Part shown: positions 1 through 13,405 of the stretch, piece by piece
How positions within the stretch are numbered: the stretch's first letter is position 1
How the letters are laid out: every line of letters starts with the position of its first letter
Assembly (NCBI GenBank): GCA_051294375.1
Contig: CM119266.1
Coordinates: 10,577,571-10,641,570, forward strand
From: Paraspadella gotoi
Taxonomy: Eukaryota; Animalia; Chaetognatha
Direction of reading: 5' to 3'
Length of the DNA: 64,000 nt
The notes under the pieces: model-generated
Seen by the model: the letters and a program-made list of their open reading frames with translations, nothing else
Told to the model about the DNA's origin: nothing
Databases searched by the model: none
Program-made: the position numbers and the translations under genes

Positions 1-3000
1 CTTTTTTTTTTTTCTTTCTCGAAAAACAAAAGGGGGGAAAAAACGCGCGGCTTGAAAAAAAATAAGTGGCGAAATCTTTTTTCAGCATTTTGGTTTCTTT
101 GTCTATTCGCAACATCTTTCTCTTTTTTTTCTCTCTATTTCTTTTTTTCATTCATTAGTTTCTTCGTAATCATCAGGGAGCCTAGAAAAAGAAAGAAAAT
201 GCAAAACGGCAAAAAAAAAAAGACGACATGAATAAAAAAGTAAAGATAAGAGAGAAAAAGAAAAAGAGAGCGCCAGTGTCCATCGGCTGGAGCCGATTTG
301 TTTCCATTATTCCCTGTCCCATCTTTCTCTCTCCACATTCTTCTTTTCTCTTCTGTACCTTCTCATTCTCAAGGATTCCCTTTTCTCAGAGAAGAAACCT
401 CATATAATAAAGAATTATGCAAAAAAAAAAAAGTATGAATTTATTTTCGGCTTAATACTATTTACTTTTTTTTTAAATCCGCCTCCTAACTTTTTTTTTG
501 TCTGCGGGATGCAAGCAAGAGTCAAAGGCCAACGCTCGAGAGTTATTTGTATTGACTCGGACATTTGTGGCCGAATTGGGACATTTTTTCTTTTTTAGTT
601 CCCCCATTTTCGCCCCCAAAAAACTTCTCGAATCTCATCGAGAGTGAAAAAAAAAGCGGATTTGTTTCGATTGCCGAAAAAAAAGAGACGATGGAACGCG
701 GGGGGGGGGGAGGGTGAACATCTACCATTCGACGGTGCCTGTCGCTTTCGTTTTTCTTTCTTCTTGCTCATCCAGATATATCTCCTCGAGCGCCCTGAAG
801 AGAAACAAATTAGTCTTTGAACCCAGTGGCCACGCCAAAACAGCGTAAAAATGTTTTAACACAAAATGTTTGAGCAAAAAATTTCGCGTTTTCTCAATCT
901 CATTCCTTTCCAACTCAAAACCGTAAAAATACACCGCAATTATATTCGCACTCGTATTAATCTCGCTCCATGCACGCGTGAAAAAAAAACATAAATCCCC
1001 CCTCCATTTTCAAGTTAACGGTCGAGCGAGGGGAGCGATGAGCGAAAGAGCGTTTTTCCATTCTCGACGCCCATAAACAATAACAATCGCTTTACAACAG
1101 ACGAACGGAGGAAATCTTCCGCGGAACGAATCGCCGCCGCCGCAAGAGTTGCGACTTTGGCGTTCCTGCGCATTGCGCGGCGGATTTGCTGCGACGCCGC
1201 TTGGCCATAAAGTGGAAGGTTTCGATCACCGCGGGATTTGAGCGAGACGACGGAGCAGTTTTAGACGGCTCGGCACGGCTGAAGCGGCCGGTCGTTGATC
1301 TCTTCGACTCGGCAACTCTCTTCGGCGCATCTCCCGGCATCCGTTCGGTTCCGCACCTATCTTCTTCTCGCATCGAACCATCTCGTGATGGCAACTTTTA
1401 AGAAGTTTACCGGCCGCCACTGATCGGCGACGGGCAGACGGCGCTACTGCGTCCTTCTCTGCCATGGTTTGATCGGGGGAGAATCGATGCTTTTTTTTTT
1501 GTTTTTCCCACAGCGACAAAACAAAACCGTCTTGAAGAAGAAGAATAAGAAGAAAGACAGAAGTAGAAGAAGACGGTTGCATCCCCTCCGTCTGACGATG
1601 CTGGGTGATTTTCTTTTTTTTCATCCTCTTCTTTCGCAGAAACGAACTTTAGCAAATTATGCTTGGAAAAACATTTTGCACGAGGAGCGCCCTTAAACTT
1701 ACCCTTAGACTTACCCAAATACGTAAGCGGCGACCCTTTTTTCCCCGCTCCGTAAATTCTTCCACTTAGTTAGGATCTGACCCAAACCCCCTTCTTTAAC
1801 CGAATACTTCAAAATAGACCCCTCCCCCCTTTCACCATCAAAGCGAGTTTTTGCGACTGCGATTCCAATTTTCCTCGCGGCCTTCTCGCTCGTGGTCGTG
1901 TCGTTCCACCCGTCGTCTCGTCTCGCTCCGTCACCGTCGTCGTCGTGTCGTCCGTCAGCCGTCACGTCGTCGCTTCGTCGTTGGTGTTGCGCTTTTGCTC
2001 CAAACTTATGTTTGGCGAAAGGTAGTAAAGATCTCGCCCAAGCGGGAGATTAAAAGATAAAAGACGAAAAACAATTTCGTTCTCATTCTCTCTCTTCTCT
2101 TCTCTCTCCTCTCTCCCGCTATCTTCGCGGTGAGAACACGCACTGCCCGCAACCACCGCCCTACCACTCGCCGACAACTTTTGCCACCCCCGTGACTTCG
2201 CACGCCAATACCTTCTGGCGTCCGCTCCACAATCTCGTCGACTCTTTTCTGAGAAATTAAAAAAATTGTGGCACCGAGCGGTTCAATAACTTAAATTTGG
2301 AAAAGCAGTCAATGCCTGTTCTCGTGAAATCAACACTCACTCACTCACTCACTCACTCACTCTTATCTCAACTTTTAGAAAAATCCTCAGGGCTTACATT
2401 TCCCGTCGCAAATTCGTATTTTTTTTTTTAGGCGTGTTGGACAGGAAGGATGAAGAAAAGGGAAGGGGTGTTGGGGAACAACGTCGTCAAAGTTATGTTT
2501 TTCCACAAAAAAAAAAAAATCGTCCTGAACGACCCTTCCGGGGCTTTTTCTTATTTTTCGAGAAGAAGGCGGTGCGGGTACAATGGGTGTCTGATGTAAA
2601 CAGGTGGGGGTTTGCGAAAGGTGCGCGAAATTATAACTGGGGGGGGTTCAAGCTTTTTCCCCCCCCGAAACCAATCTGCAGGGGCCGAGAGAGGGCCGAA
2701 GACGGCGGGAAAAGGCGTGGGCCGAGCCAAGGACCGCACGCCTAACACTTTATGACCGCGGAAAAATAAGGAAATTTCGCGATCGAGGCGCGCGTCAACT
2801 AAAGGGAAGAGAGACAGGGAGAGAGAATGAGAGACAGAGAGCGAACGGAGATTTTGGCAAACAAACGTTGGCGGTGGGAAGAATAAAGGCATAGTAAAAA
2901 AAAGGACAGACGTAAGACAAAAGGAAGGTCGTCGTATAAAAAAATGTACAAAAGGCATTCCTTTGTTCGCAGAAACAGGAACACGAAAGCAGAAAAACAA

Positions 3001-4842
3001 AAGTCGAATCGGAGAAAACAAGGTGGAGACAAAGGAAAAAAGGAGAGACATCTCTCTCTTTTTTTTTTTCTTCTCGAAAAACAAAAGGGAAAACGGCGGC
3101 TGAAAAAAAATAAGTGGCGAATCTTTTCAGATTTTTGGTTTCTTTGTCTATTCGCACATCTTTCTTTTTTTTTCTCTCTATTTCTTTTTTTCATTCATTA
3201 GTTTCTCGTAATCATCAGGGAGCCTAAGAAAAAGAAAGAAAAAGAAAAGGAAAAAAAAAAGACGAATGAATAAAAAAATAAGAAAGAGAGAAAAAGAAAA
3301 AGAGAGCGCCAGTGTCCATCGGCTGGAAGCGATTGTTCCATTATTCCCGTCCATTTTCTCTCTCACATCTTCTTTTCTTCTCTGTACTTCTCATTCTCAA
3401 GGATTCCTTTTCTCAGAGAAACCTCATATAAAAAGAATTATGCAAAAAAAAAAAGTATGAATTTATTTCGGCTTAATATATTACTTTTTTTTTTAAATCC
3501 GCCCCTACTTTTTTTTTTTGTCTGGGGTGCAGCAAGAGTCAAGGCCAACGTCGAGGAGTTAATGATTGACTCGAGACATTTGTGGCCGAATTGGGACATT
3601 TTTTCTTTTTTAGTTCCCCCATTTCGCCCCAAAAAACTTCGAATCTCATCGAGAGTGAAAAAAAAGGGATTTAGTTTCGATGGAAAAAAAAGAGACGATG
3701 GAACGCGGGGGGGTGGGGGGGTGTAACATTACCATCGAGCGAGCTGCCGTGCTTTGCGTTTTTTTTCTTGCTTGCTCATCGCAGAATATATCTCCTCGAG
3801 CTGCCACTGAGAGAAACAAATTAGTTTGAACCATGGCCACGCCAAACAGCGTAAAAATGTTAACAAAAACTTTGAGCAAAAAAGTTCGGTTTCTCAATCT
3901 TCATCCTTTCCAACTCAAAACCGTAAAATACACGCATATATTCGCACGTACTAATCTCGCTCCATGCACGCGGAAAAAAAACAAAATTCCCCCCCTCCAT
4001 TTTCAAGAACGGTCGAGGAGGGGGGAAGGGGGGGAGAGCGAAAGAGGTTTCCATCTCGACGCCATAAACAAATAACATCGTTACAACAGACGACGACGGA
4101 GGAAACTTCCGCGAACGAATCGCCCGCCGCAAGAGTTGCGACTTTGGCGTCTGCGCATGCGCGGCGGATTGCTGCGACGCCGCTGGCCAGAAAGTGGAAG
4201 GTTTCGATCACCGCGGGATTTGAGCGACGACGGAGCAGTTTAGACGGCGGCGGCTGAAGCGGCGTCGGTGATCGTCGACCGGCAACTTCTCGGCGATCTC
4301 GGCATCCGTCGGTCCGCACCATCTTCTCTCGATCGACATCTCGAGTGGCAACTTTGAAGAAAGTTACCGGCGCCACTGATCGGCGACGGGAGACCGGCGC
4401 TCTGCGTCTTCTTGATTGGTGACGGGAGAATCGATGCTTTTTTGTTTTTCCAAGAAAAAAAAACCGTCTTGAAGAAGAAGAAGAAGAAGAAGAAGAAGAA
4501 GAAGAAGAAGAAGAAGAAGAAGAAGAAGACGTTGATCCCCTCCGTCTGACGAGGGTGATTTTCTTTTTTTCATCCTCTTCTTTCGCAGAAACGACTTTAG
4601 CAATTTGCGGAAAAACATTGACGAGAGCGCCTTAAACTTACCCTTAGACTTACCCAAAGTAAGGGGACCCTTTTTCCCCGTCCGTTAAATTTCCACTTAG
4701 TAGCGACTGACCCAAACCCCCTTCTTTAACCAATACTTCAAAATCGACCCCTCCCCCCTTTCACCATTCCAAGCGAGTTTTTGCGACTGGATTCCAATTT
4801 TCTCGGCTTCTCGCTCGGGGGTCGTCACCGTCGTCGTCGTCG

Positions 4843-4874
<32 letters not shown>

Positions 4875-4985
4875 ACCGTCGTCGTCGTCGTTGGTGTTGC
4901 GCTTTTGTCCAACTTATGTTTTGGCGAAAGGTAGTAAAGATTGCAGCGGGAGATAAAAGATAAAAGACGAAAACCAATTTCGATT

Positions 4986-5033
<48 letters not shown>

Positions 5034-5750
5034 GCTATTTCGGGGAGAAACGACTGCCCGCAACCACCGCCACCAACCGCGACAACTTTGCCACCCCGTG
5101 ACGTCGCAGCCAATACCTCTGGCGTCCGTCCACAATCTCGTCGACTCTTTTCTGAGAAATTTAAAAAAATTGTGGACCGAGCGGTCAAAATAAAGTTGAA
5201 AAGAGCAATGTGTTCTCGTGAAATCAACACTCACTCACTCACTCACTCACTCACTCACTCANNNNNNNNNNCAACTTTAGAAAAATCCTCAGCTTAATTT
5301 CCCGTCGCAATCGTATTATTTTTTTTAGGGTGTGGAAGGAGAGAAGAAAGGGGAAGGGGTGTTGAGGGAACAACGTCGTCNNNNNNNNNNCTTGGGGTCA
5401 GCTTCCCCGAAAATTTGGCAGGGGCCGAGAGAGGGCGAAGAGGGGCGGGAAAAGGGTGGGGCCGAGCCAAGGACGACGCTAAACTTTATGGCCGCGGAAA
5501 ATAAGGAAATTTCGGAACGAGGCGGTCAACAAAGGGAGAGAGAGAGAGGGAATGAGAGAGAGAGGAAAGGAGATTTGGAACAAACGTTGGCGGTGGGAGA
5601 GGATAAAGGAAGTAAAAAAAAGGAAGACGAAGAAAAAGGAAGTCGTCGTATAAAATGTACAAAAGGATTCCTTTGTCGCAGAAAGGAAACGAAAGAGAAA
5701 AAAAAAGGAATCGGAGAAAAAAGGGGAGACAAAGAAAAAAGGAGAGACAA
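1..5750. repeat. ~3.05-kb tandem duplication (copy A 1-~3050, insertion-rich; copy B ~3059-5750), probable assembly artefact
   Basis: Collinear matches throughout, e.g. cgccagtgtccatcggctgga at ~271 and ~3307, aagtggaaggtttcgatcaccgcgggatttgagcga at ~1210 and ~4192, and cttaaacttacccttagacttacccaaa at ~1692 and ~4631. Confidence 0.9.
4471..4528. repeat. (GAA)n microsatellite
   Basis: About 19 perfect units; shorter and interrupted in duplicate copy A. Confidence 0.9.
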
Positions 5751-6199
5751 AGAAAAAAGAAAGACAACGGATAGAGGGATAGACAAGATAGTTATGAGAC
5801 TGAGAAGCGGAGACAGAAATTGAGAAAAGAAAGATGGATGGGAATTGTCAATTGAGAAAAAAAAAAGAAGAATGAATTGTCGCGGAAATACTATTTGAAA
5901 GAAAAAAAATTGCGGGGAAGGAAAAAGAAAGAAAAAAAAATTATTCCCAGAGCGAAAGAAAAACAGGTGATAAAAATTGAAAAAACTCCAGCGATGAAAA
6001 GAAAAAAGAAAAAAAAAAGAAAGAGACAGAAAAGAAATAAGATTAAAAAAAAAGAAAGCGAAAGGAGACAGACGCTGGAAGGTGGGCGTGGCCGAAAGAG
6101 CGAGATTCCACGACGACGACGACGACAGCGACGCCCCTCCTTCGCCTCACGGGAAAAAAAACTTAACGATGCGAGTGAAATGAGGGAGAAATGACGACC

Positions 6200-6233
<34 letters not shown>

Positions 6234-7651
6234 ACGACGACTTTTTCGCGCGCGTCGCTCGAGAGAAGTTTATGCAACAAACAAACCGGTTTGACTTCCA
6301 AAGCGATTAGAAGTAGTAAGCTGTCTGAGAGAGAGGGAGAGAGAGAGGCGAGACCGTTTAACTACTGTATTTAAAAAGAGAAAAAGGGGAAAAATAGAGT
6401 CTTTGTTGAGGATAGAGAGTAAGGGAGGGTGGCGGGGGGGAGAACCCGCTCCTTTTTCAATCGTTTTTTGTTTTTCATTTTTTTTTCACATCGTTGTTTA
6501 CAATTCAGCGAGTCTCTACTAAACAGGCGACGTTCGCTAGTTTGCTTTCTCTTGTTCGTTTCGTTCCAGTCTGTTTTGTTCATCGGTGTTCCCCCCCAAG
6601 GCCGATTAAGTCTCGACATCTTTCTTCTCGCTTGGTAAGTTGATCGGTCGTACCCGAACCGAACGAGGGATGCGAATGGCGTTAATTCCTCGAGACTTCC
6701 CTTTCATTACGCCCACACACAGGGCCCTCCTCCCCACACACAAAAAACTCCGAGGAAGCGTATCATTTTGCGTTTGTCTCTACGCCCACGATTGAGGCGA
6801 AGGGCCACCCGATGACGTGATGAACGCGGAAAGGAGGGAGGAGAGGGGTGAAGGACAGAGGGATTGACGCAACAGTGAGGGGCGGAGTTCCGAGATTTGT
6901 TTAATCGAGAGAAAATTTGAAGGGATTTCTAAAACTCGAGGCTCTGACCGGAATTTCCGGCGACGGGATTAACCAGCACAAAGTCGCACGGTTTGACCGG
7001 CGAGTGCGGGGCTTTTGGGAACTGTGGGGAAACAGAGCAGAAGTGCGCGAAATTAGTTGCATTAAAACCGCAGAAATCGATCAGGGCGAATCTCGAATTA
7101 AAGGATTTTCACTTCCTTATATCGCGGCAAAACTTTTTTTTTCTTTTAAAGGAGGAAGTCGATCTCTTTGTTAAACTTACTTCGATAAAAGAGAGGGTAA
7201 GAGTCTTTTGATTTCGAGGCGAGTGGGCGCGAAAGAATGAAGATATGAAAAAAAAAGCGGAGGAGGTTGAGAAAAGAAAAAAAGGAGGAAGAGAGGAAGA
7301 AAAGAAAAAAGAAAAGGAAAGCCCCTGAGAAAGAAATAATGTATATCTATATATCCTCGCGCGAAGGCGGCGGCCATCTTTAAGGCCGAGCGTCTCGGAA
7401 CGTTCGAGCAGAATTTCCCTCAGTGGCCCGAAGTTTCGAGGCCGCGTGCGCGAAGGGGTGAACTGGAGAGCTAACGTGCGAATGGTCGCGCGTGCGTTTA
7501 CACGTAGGAAGTGTGGATGTAAATGAATTGATCTTTCATGGAATGGGAGAATCTGTGAGAAAGATTCAAGACGGGGGGAAAAATACTACGGTGACGACTA
7601 CTATCTCAGCTTTCCACTCTCTCTCTTTCCATTTCTCGGCGCCCGACACAA

Positions 7652-7711
<60 letters not shown>

Positions 7712-8788
7712 GCGAACGCCATCTTTAGCGTCGCTAGAGAATCGTCCTCGTCGCTCTGCGAGCGGAGGAGAAAAAAAGTTACCCCACGATAATATATGGC
7801 TGGAATGACTTTCTGTTCCCATCCGCGAGAGAGAGAGAAAGAGAGAGAGAGGTCCCGCCGACAATCCGTGTCCCCTAGCGCCCTCTTTCGCGCCTCCGCA
7901 CGAGCGTTAGAAGAGAGAGCGAGATAGCGAGCGAGAGAGAGTCAGCGACACCTCGTCCCTTTTCTCCCAAACCCCCCCAAACTTTACCGCCGCCCACCTG
8001 CCCTTACACCACCCCCTACCCCCCTCTAACGACCCCTCCTCATCCTCTATTCCCCCCCCCTTCGCCCCAGATGACGGGGAGTCATGATGATAGAATATGG
8101 ATGAGACAGAAATATGGGCGAAGCTCCTCTTAGATGTTAGATTATCTGAGGATGTTTCTTTGCTTCCCTGGATCGAGGAACGATCACGGGGGAATTATAT
8201 CCGGGAGGAGGAGGGGGCAGAGAGGAGGGGGAAGGGGGGAGGAGGAAGGAGGAAGGGGAAGGGAGGAAGGGGTAGGGAGGAAGAGGAAGGGAGGAGGAGT
8301 AGGGAGAAAGTAAGTATGAAGTGAAGGGAGATTAAGAAGGAAAAGTGGATAAAATATGACGGAAAAGAGAGGATTATATAGAGGAGATTAAAGGATAACG
8401 GTTAAGAGTAGGGGATACATTTTCCTCTTAATCTATTCTTATCTTTTTCTTTCCTTCTTTTTCTCTCTCTTCTCTCTCTGCTCTCCCGCGCGCGGCACAT
8501 AACTCAGCCAAGCGTCATCGACGGCGAATTAAAGGGAAGAGAATTAATAATTTCGAGATATAATGCGGTGTAGGGGATTATTAATACAGAGAGAGTTACA
8601 ACGGAACACGAAGAGGACGGTCATAAAGAGAAAAAAGAGAAAGTTTAATATATGAGGTAATCTAGATTTAAAAATTTACAGACAACTAACAAGCGAAAAA
8701 TATGGGGCTCAATGACTCCGTCAATCAAAAAAAATCCCTCGATGAGAAAAAGGGAAAAGTTAAAGACTCAATCCTCCATTTTTTAATT

Positions 8789-8838
8789 GTCGACGACAAT
8801 AAGGATGACGTCGACGACAATAAGGATGACGTCGACGA
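8789..8838. repeat. 21-bp tandem repeat x2.4 (gtcgacgacaataaggatgac)
   Basis: Exact copies at 8789-8809 and 8810-8830, plus a partial third. Confidence 0.85.
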
Positions 8839-9302
8839 AGAAAACGACGACGACGACAAAGGCGACATCCTCCCGCGGACATCAACTCTCGTCGCCTTCG
8901 CGGGGGAGACGAGGCGAGGCGGCGGCATCCGGCTCCGCTCTACGGACGCCGCCGCTGGTCACTCTGGTCAAACCGCAATTACGGCGCCATCCATCATTCC
9001 ATCGCCATTTCCGCCTCTCGCGTCGGAAATTCCTTTGATGAAAACAATCCGAGTGAAAAAAAAAATGCGGGAGGGAGAGCGAGTGAGGGAATTGGAAGAT
9101 GGAGAGGGAGAGAATAGGGAAGAGAGAGTGAAAACGGAGGTGAATTGCGGTGAAAGAATGCGGGGTGAAAGAGAGGGGTTCCATTAACCAAAAAATTAAG
9201 AGTTTTAATGCCACTTCATTGATAGGGAAGCCAGGTAATCTGGAAGTGAATAAACGAGTCTTGTTTGAAAGCTTGCATGGACCTGCTATGTCATTATCTT
9301 GT

Positions 9303-9392
9303 AAAAGCCAGTCCAAAGTCAGGGGCAAGATAGCTTATTCATTAAATGAATTAAAAATTTTAATATTGGTTGTACCAATTTAATAGACTAAA
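9303..9392 (+). repeat. Short dispersed repeat fragment, copy 1 (possible non-autonomous TE remnant)
   Basis: Shares aagcc.gtccaaagtcaggggcaa and atattggttgtaccaattt..atagactaa with 41324-41392. Confidence 0.6.
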
Positions 9393-9481
9393 ATTTCCGA
9401 ATGGTAAGAAAAAAAAAATCCAAAAGTTAAGAAGCAAAGCGAGAAAAAAGCTCAAAGTTTGAGTCAAACACCAAACATTAT

Positions 9482-9515
<34 letters not shown>

Positions 9516-11279
9516 AGGATGTCAGGGAGACGATTAGCGGAGCGATGGGCGGAAAGATGATGATGATGATGATGAAGATGAAGACGACGACGAGAAGAGG
9601 GAGGCGATCGAAAGCGGAACCCATACCCCCGGCCGAGGCCTTTTGTTGATTGAAAGACGAGAGATCCGTTATGAGTGAAAGATCATTCAGTAAAAAAATA
9701 GAGGTGGGGGGTGGGTTGGTGCAGAAATGGTGTTTTAGTGTCGGCGATGGTGGCGAAAAAGAAACGGCGGTGAAACGTGTTTCCCCCCCCCCCCCCCGAG
9801 TCCCAAGGGAACTTGATTTGTTCATTATCATTAGCAATTCATCGTGGTTAAGGAGGAGGATGAGGAGGAGGAGGAAGAGGATGAGGAGGAGCGGCAAAGG
9901 GGAATGGGAGAACCAACCCACACGGTAATGATGACGATTATCTCAACAACTTGGAACGAGGACGGGAAAGAAAATCGTTAGTCGCTAAAAGTCTCCACTT
10001 AAGTTGTTGTTTTTTTTTTTCGGAGACAGGAAAATGACCGACATGGTTTTGGGAACTTTTCTCTATTATTCAACAAATAAAAAAAAAACTAAATATTAAG
10101 TTTAGAAGAAAAATAAATTATTAAAACTTTTAAATTCACGATTTATATCTGGAAAAAGTAAATAGACGATTGACTAACCCAAAAAATAATAATTAGCGGC
10201 CTCGATTAATTATGAGATACGAGTTGTTATAGATTTGCCGTATTTTCAAAAACTTAAAATCCTTCTGTCCATCATTAAATCTCCTAAACGTTACTCGTTC
10301 CAACCCCTCCAACATCGAATCTTCACCGGAGCAGCCTTCAACGAGACCGCGCCAATCGCGAGCGCCCATCCCCTCCGCCGATTCCCTTTCCCTCCAATCA
10401 ACAAGCGGGACGAGATTTTCGACCAATCAGCGTCCGAGGGCGTCGCTCTCCTCTTCGTCGTTTGGGTGCAGCACGCGCCCATCCGCGCACCCATCGACGC
10501 GACTCTGCGATCTCGCGCAGAGTGATAGAGAGAGAGAGAGTGGGAGAGAAAGAGGTACGTTGTCATGGAAACCAAAACGAAGAAAGTTGACTCGGAGTCT
10601 TCGTCGTCGTCCTGTTTTTTTTCCCACACCGCTCTTCCTATTTAACTAAATTAAACTTATTAAGACGTATGAGGCGGCAACTTTCGCAAATTTTCAGGCG
10701 CCTTGAGCTTTATTTAGGGCCGAGAAAAAAAAAGCCTTCCAAATCTGGTGCCCCATCTATCACAATTCCGTCTGGTTTCGAGAGAATCCACCCTTAAATA
10801 AAAAAGGAGCCAAAATTTTTCTTTTCTTTTTACTTTTATTATTATTATTTTTCAAAAAAAAGGAAAAACTAATTCTTAAGTTGGGAAAATAGGAAAAAAA
10901 AAATCGCCCCGAGCCTTGTTATCACCAATGAGAAAAAAGAATTGAATGAAAAAGAAAAACTATATAAAGTTTGGGCTAAAGTTGGACGCGCTTCACCTAG
11001 AGGGTTCTTTTTGATGTTCTCTTGCTCTCTCTCTCTCTCTCACTCTCTCTCTCTCTCCTCAAAAGGAAGGACCTACAAGATAGCCAGAGGTGATCTTTTC
11101 CATGGGGTGAGAATACAAGGAGGTTCTTCTTATTCTGGGTCAAAATTCATGCTTCCCCCCCCCCCAAGAACTTCCCATTCTCTCTGCCGCTTTTTGGTAT
11201 CGAAAAAAGAAAGTGGGGGAAAAAAAAAGAAAAATAAGGGGGAAAATAAAGGAAATAAGAAAGAAAGAAATGGATCCGG

Positions 11280-11312
<33 letters not shown>

Positions 11313-11461
11313 TTCTCTGTTGATGGGGGCCAGGCTCTCTCGCCCGGGGGGCTCCTCTCTCTCCCCCTCCGATGGGAGGAACCGAGAAACTCTAACACAC
11401 AAAGTGGCTTAAGTGCATTCATTATGGATTTTCCCGAGACCCTGGCGGAGAAAAAATAAAA

Positions 11462-11498
<37 letters not shown>

Positions 11499-13138
11499 CG
11501 AAGGACCTCGTTTTTCCGCCAGGTAAGTCTATGCTGGTCTCGGGTTTCTCCATAACGAGGCTCCCTTTCGTTTCGTGAATGAATCATGACTTATTTGTTT
11601 CCCCATAACAACGAGTGTCGGGAAAACTGGCGCGCGTGCGCATGCGCGTGCACGAGGGAAAGGCGCGCACCTTCGTGGTTCATCGGGGTTGTTTTGAGAA
11701 GGGAGGAGAAGGGGGGGGAGAAGGGTTTGAGGGTTTTAGGTTTCTTGGACGTCGACTTCGTCACCGTCGATTTCGACTTGATAACTGTTACCCGGGAATG
11801 TTTGTAACTTTGTATAAAAATAGACAATTCAATTCATAACCCAGCCATGTCTACTTGCAGCAAATTAATCCCGGAGGAGAGAGAGTGATAATTATGGGGT
11901 AAAATATCTCCCTCTCTCTTTCTCCCCGCCGCGTCTCTTACCCCGTGGAGTTTTCCCGCGGACGAGTTCAAGACTCCTTCGCCCTTTCGCCTTCCTGCCC
12001 TTCTCTCTCTTTTCTCTCCAACCCCCCCCCTCTCTCTCTCTATCCTTCCTTACCATCTCTCCCTCTCCTCGAGGCGTTTCACTTCCTGTTGAGGATTCAC
12101 GCGCTCGCGAAAGAGAAACTTTTTTTTTGGTTTCCAAAAAAAATTATGGGACGCTATTAAATTAACTAATGGAAGACTAAGAAAAATATTTACAATTTTA
12201 CATAGACCGAAAAAAAATACAATATAGAGCAACTTAACGTTTATATTTGTATATTACATAGTTAAAGTCATTTTTTATTTGTTCGTGATAAACCTGACAA
12301 TGTTTATTTAAACTTTGATTAAAAAATCATTTTCAGTAAAATTAAACTTATCAAAATGAAACTAACCCATTCTAACCACACCCTTCATTAACCGTCATTA
12401 ACCTTCGCCTCCGTCCTTACTCACCCGACGATCAAATTAACCATTACCCACGATACCCTTACCCCAATTTTCCCCACCTTCTTTCTCCCCTTTCTTTCAA
12501 AAAAAGCAGCCCCGCCCACGCGGTTGGCTCTCTCACCCCCTTCCAACCTCCCATCTCGTCTTGACCCACGGGTGTGACCCTTTGACCCCGGGTGACCCCT
12601 AGGTCGAACCGGTGGCGGGAATCGACTTCTCTCGAGGTTATCCTCGAGCTTCTTCAGACACGAAGGATCATTTGTTTTCCTGGACTAATTTCGGCGCCGG
12701 GGTGGAAAAAGGGGGGGGGAATAGAAGGTAGGGTGCGCAGGAGAGGGGGTTGAGGATGGGAAGCCACTGGACAGGGTGGAGATGTGATGAAAATGGCCGC
12801 GAGATTGATGATGGGCGATGGCCGAATCACCGAGAGGAGTTTACATTTATTTTTCTTTTTATATTTTTCGATTTTTTGTTATATCTAATTAATATGGACG
12901 ATTTAATTTTATTTTAAACCTTTCGCTAATAAATTACATCGTTTCTTAGTGGAAAACTATATCAATGACAACCATCTGAAACTACACTCAAAAGGTAAAG
13001 CCACCACCGCCGCAACCACTCGCCCCCACCACCCCAACTCAAAAAGGATCCACCCTGCGAAGAAACGAGACTCCACCTTCTACTCCGTATGTGGCCTCTC
13101 CAGGGCACAGAACCCAATATCTCTTTCTCATTCGGTTC

Positions 13139-13178
<40 letters not shown>

Positions 13179-13363
13179 CCCCGCGGTGGCCGCTCCTGAG
13201 GGCGAAAAAGGCTGGAGCCTTCGAAGGAGGGAGATTTTCTTCCAGACGCTTCGGGGGTGAAAGATATTTTTTTTTATTACGATCTCGTAATAAAAATGCT
13301 CCTTCTTATCGATAATTCGATAAAGATTGCTCATTCTGATCAAGGGGTATCGAATGAGATTCG

Positions 13364-13405
<42 letters not shown>

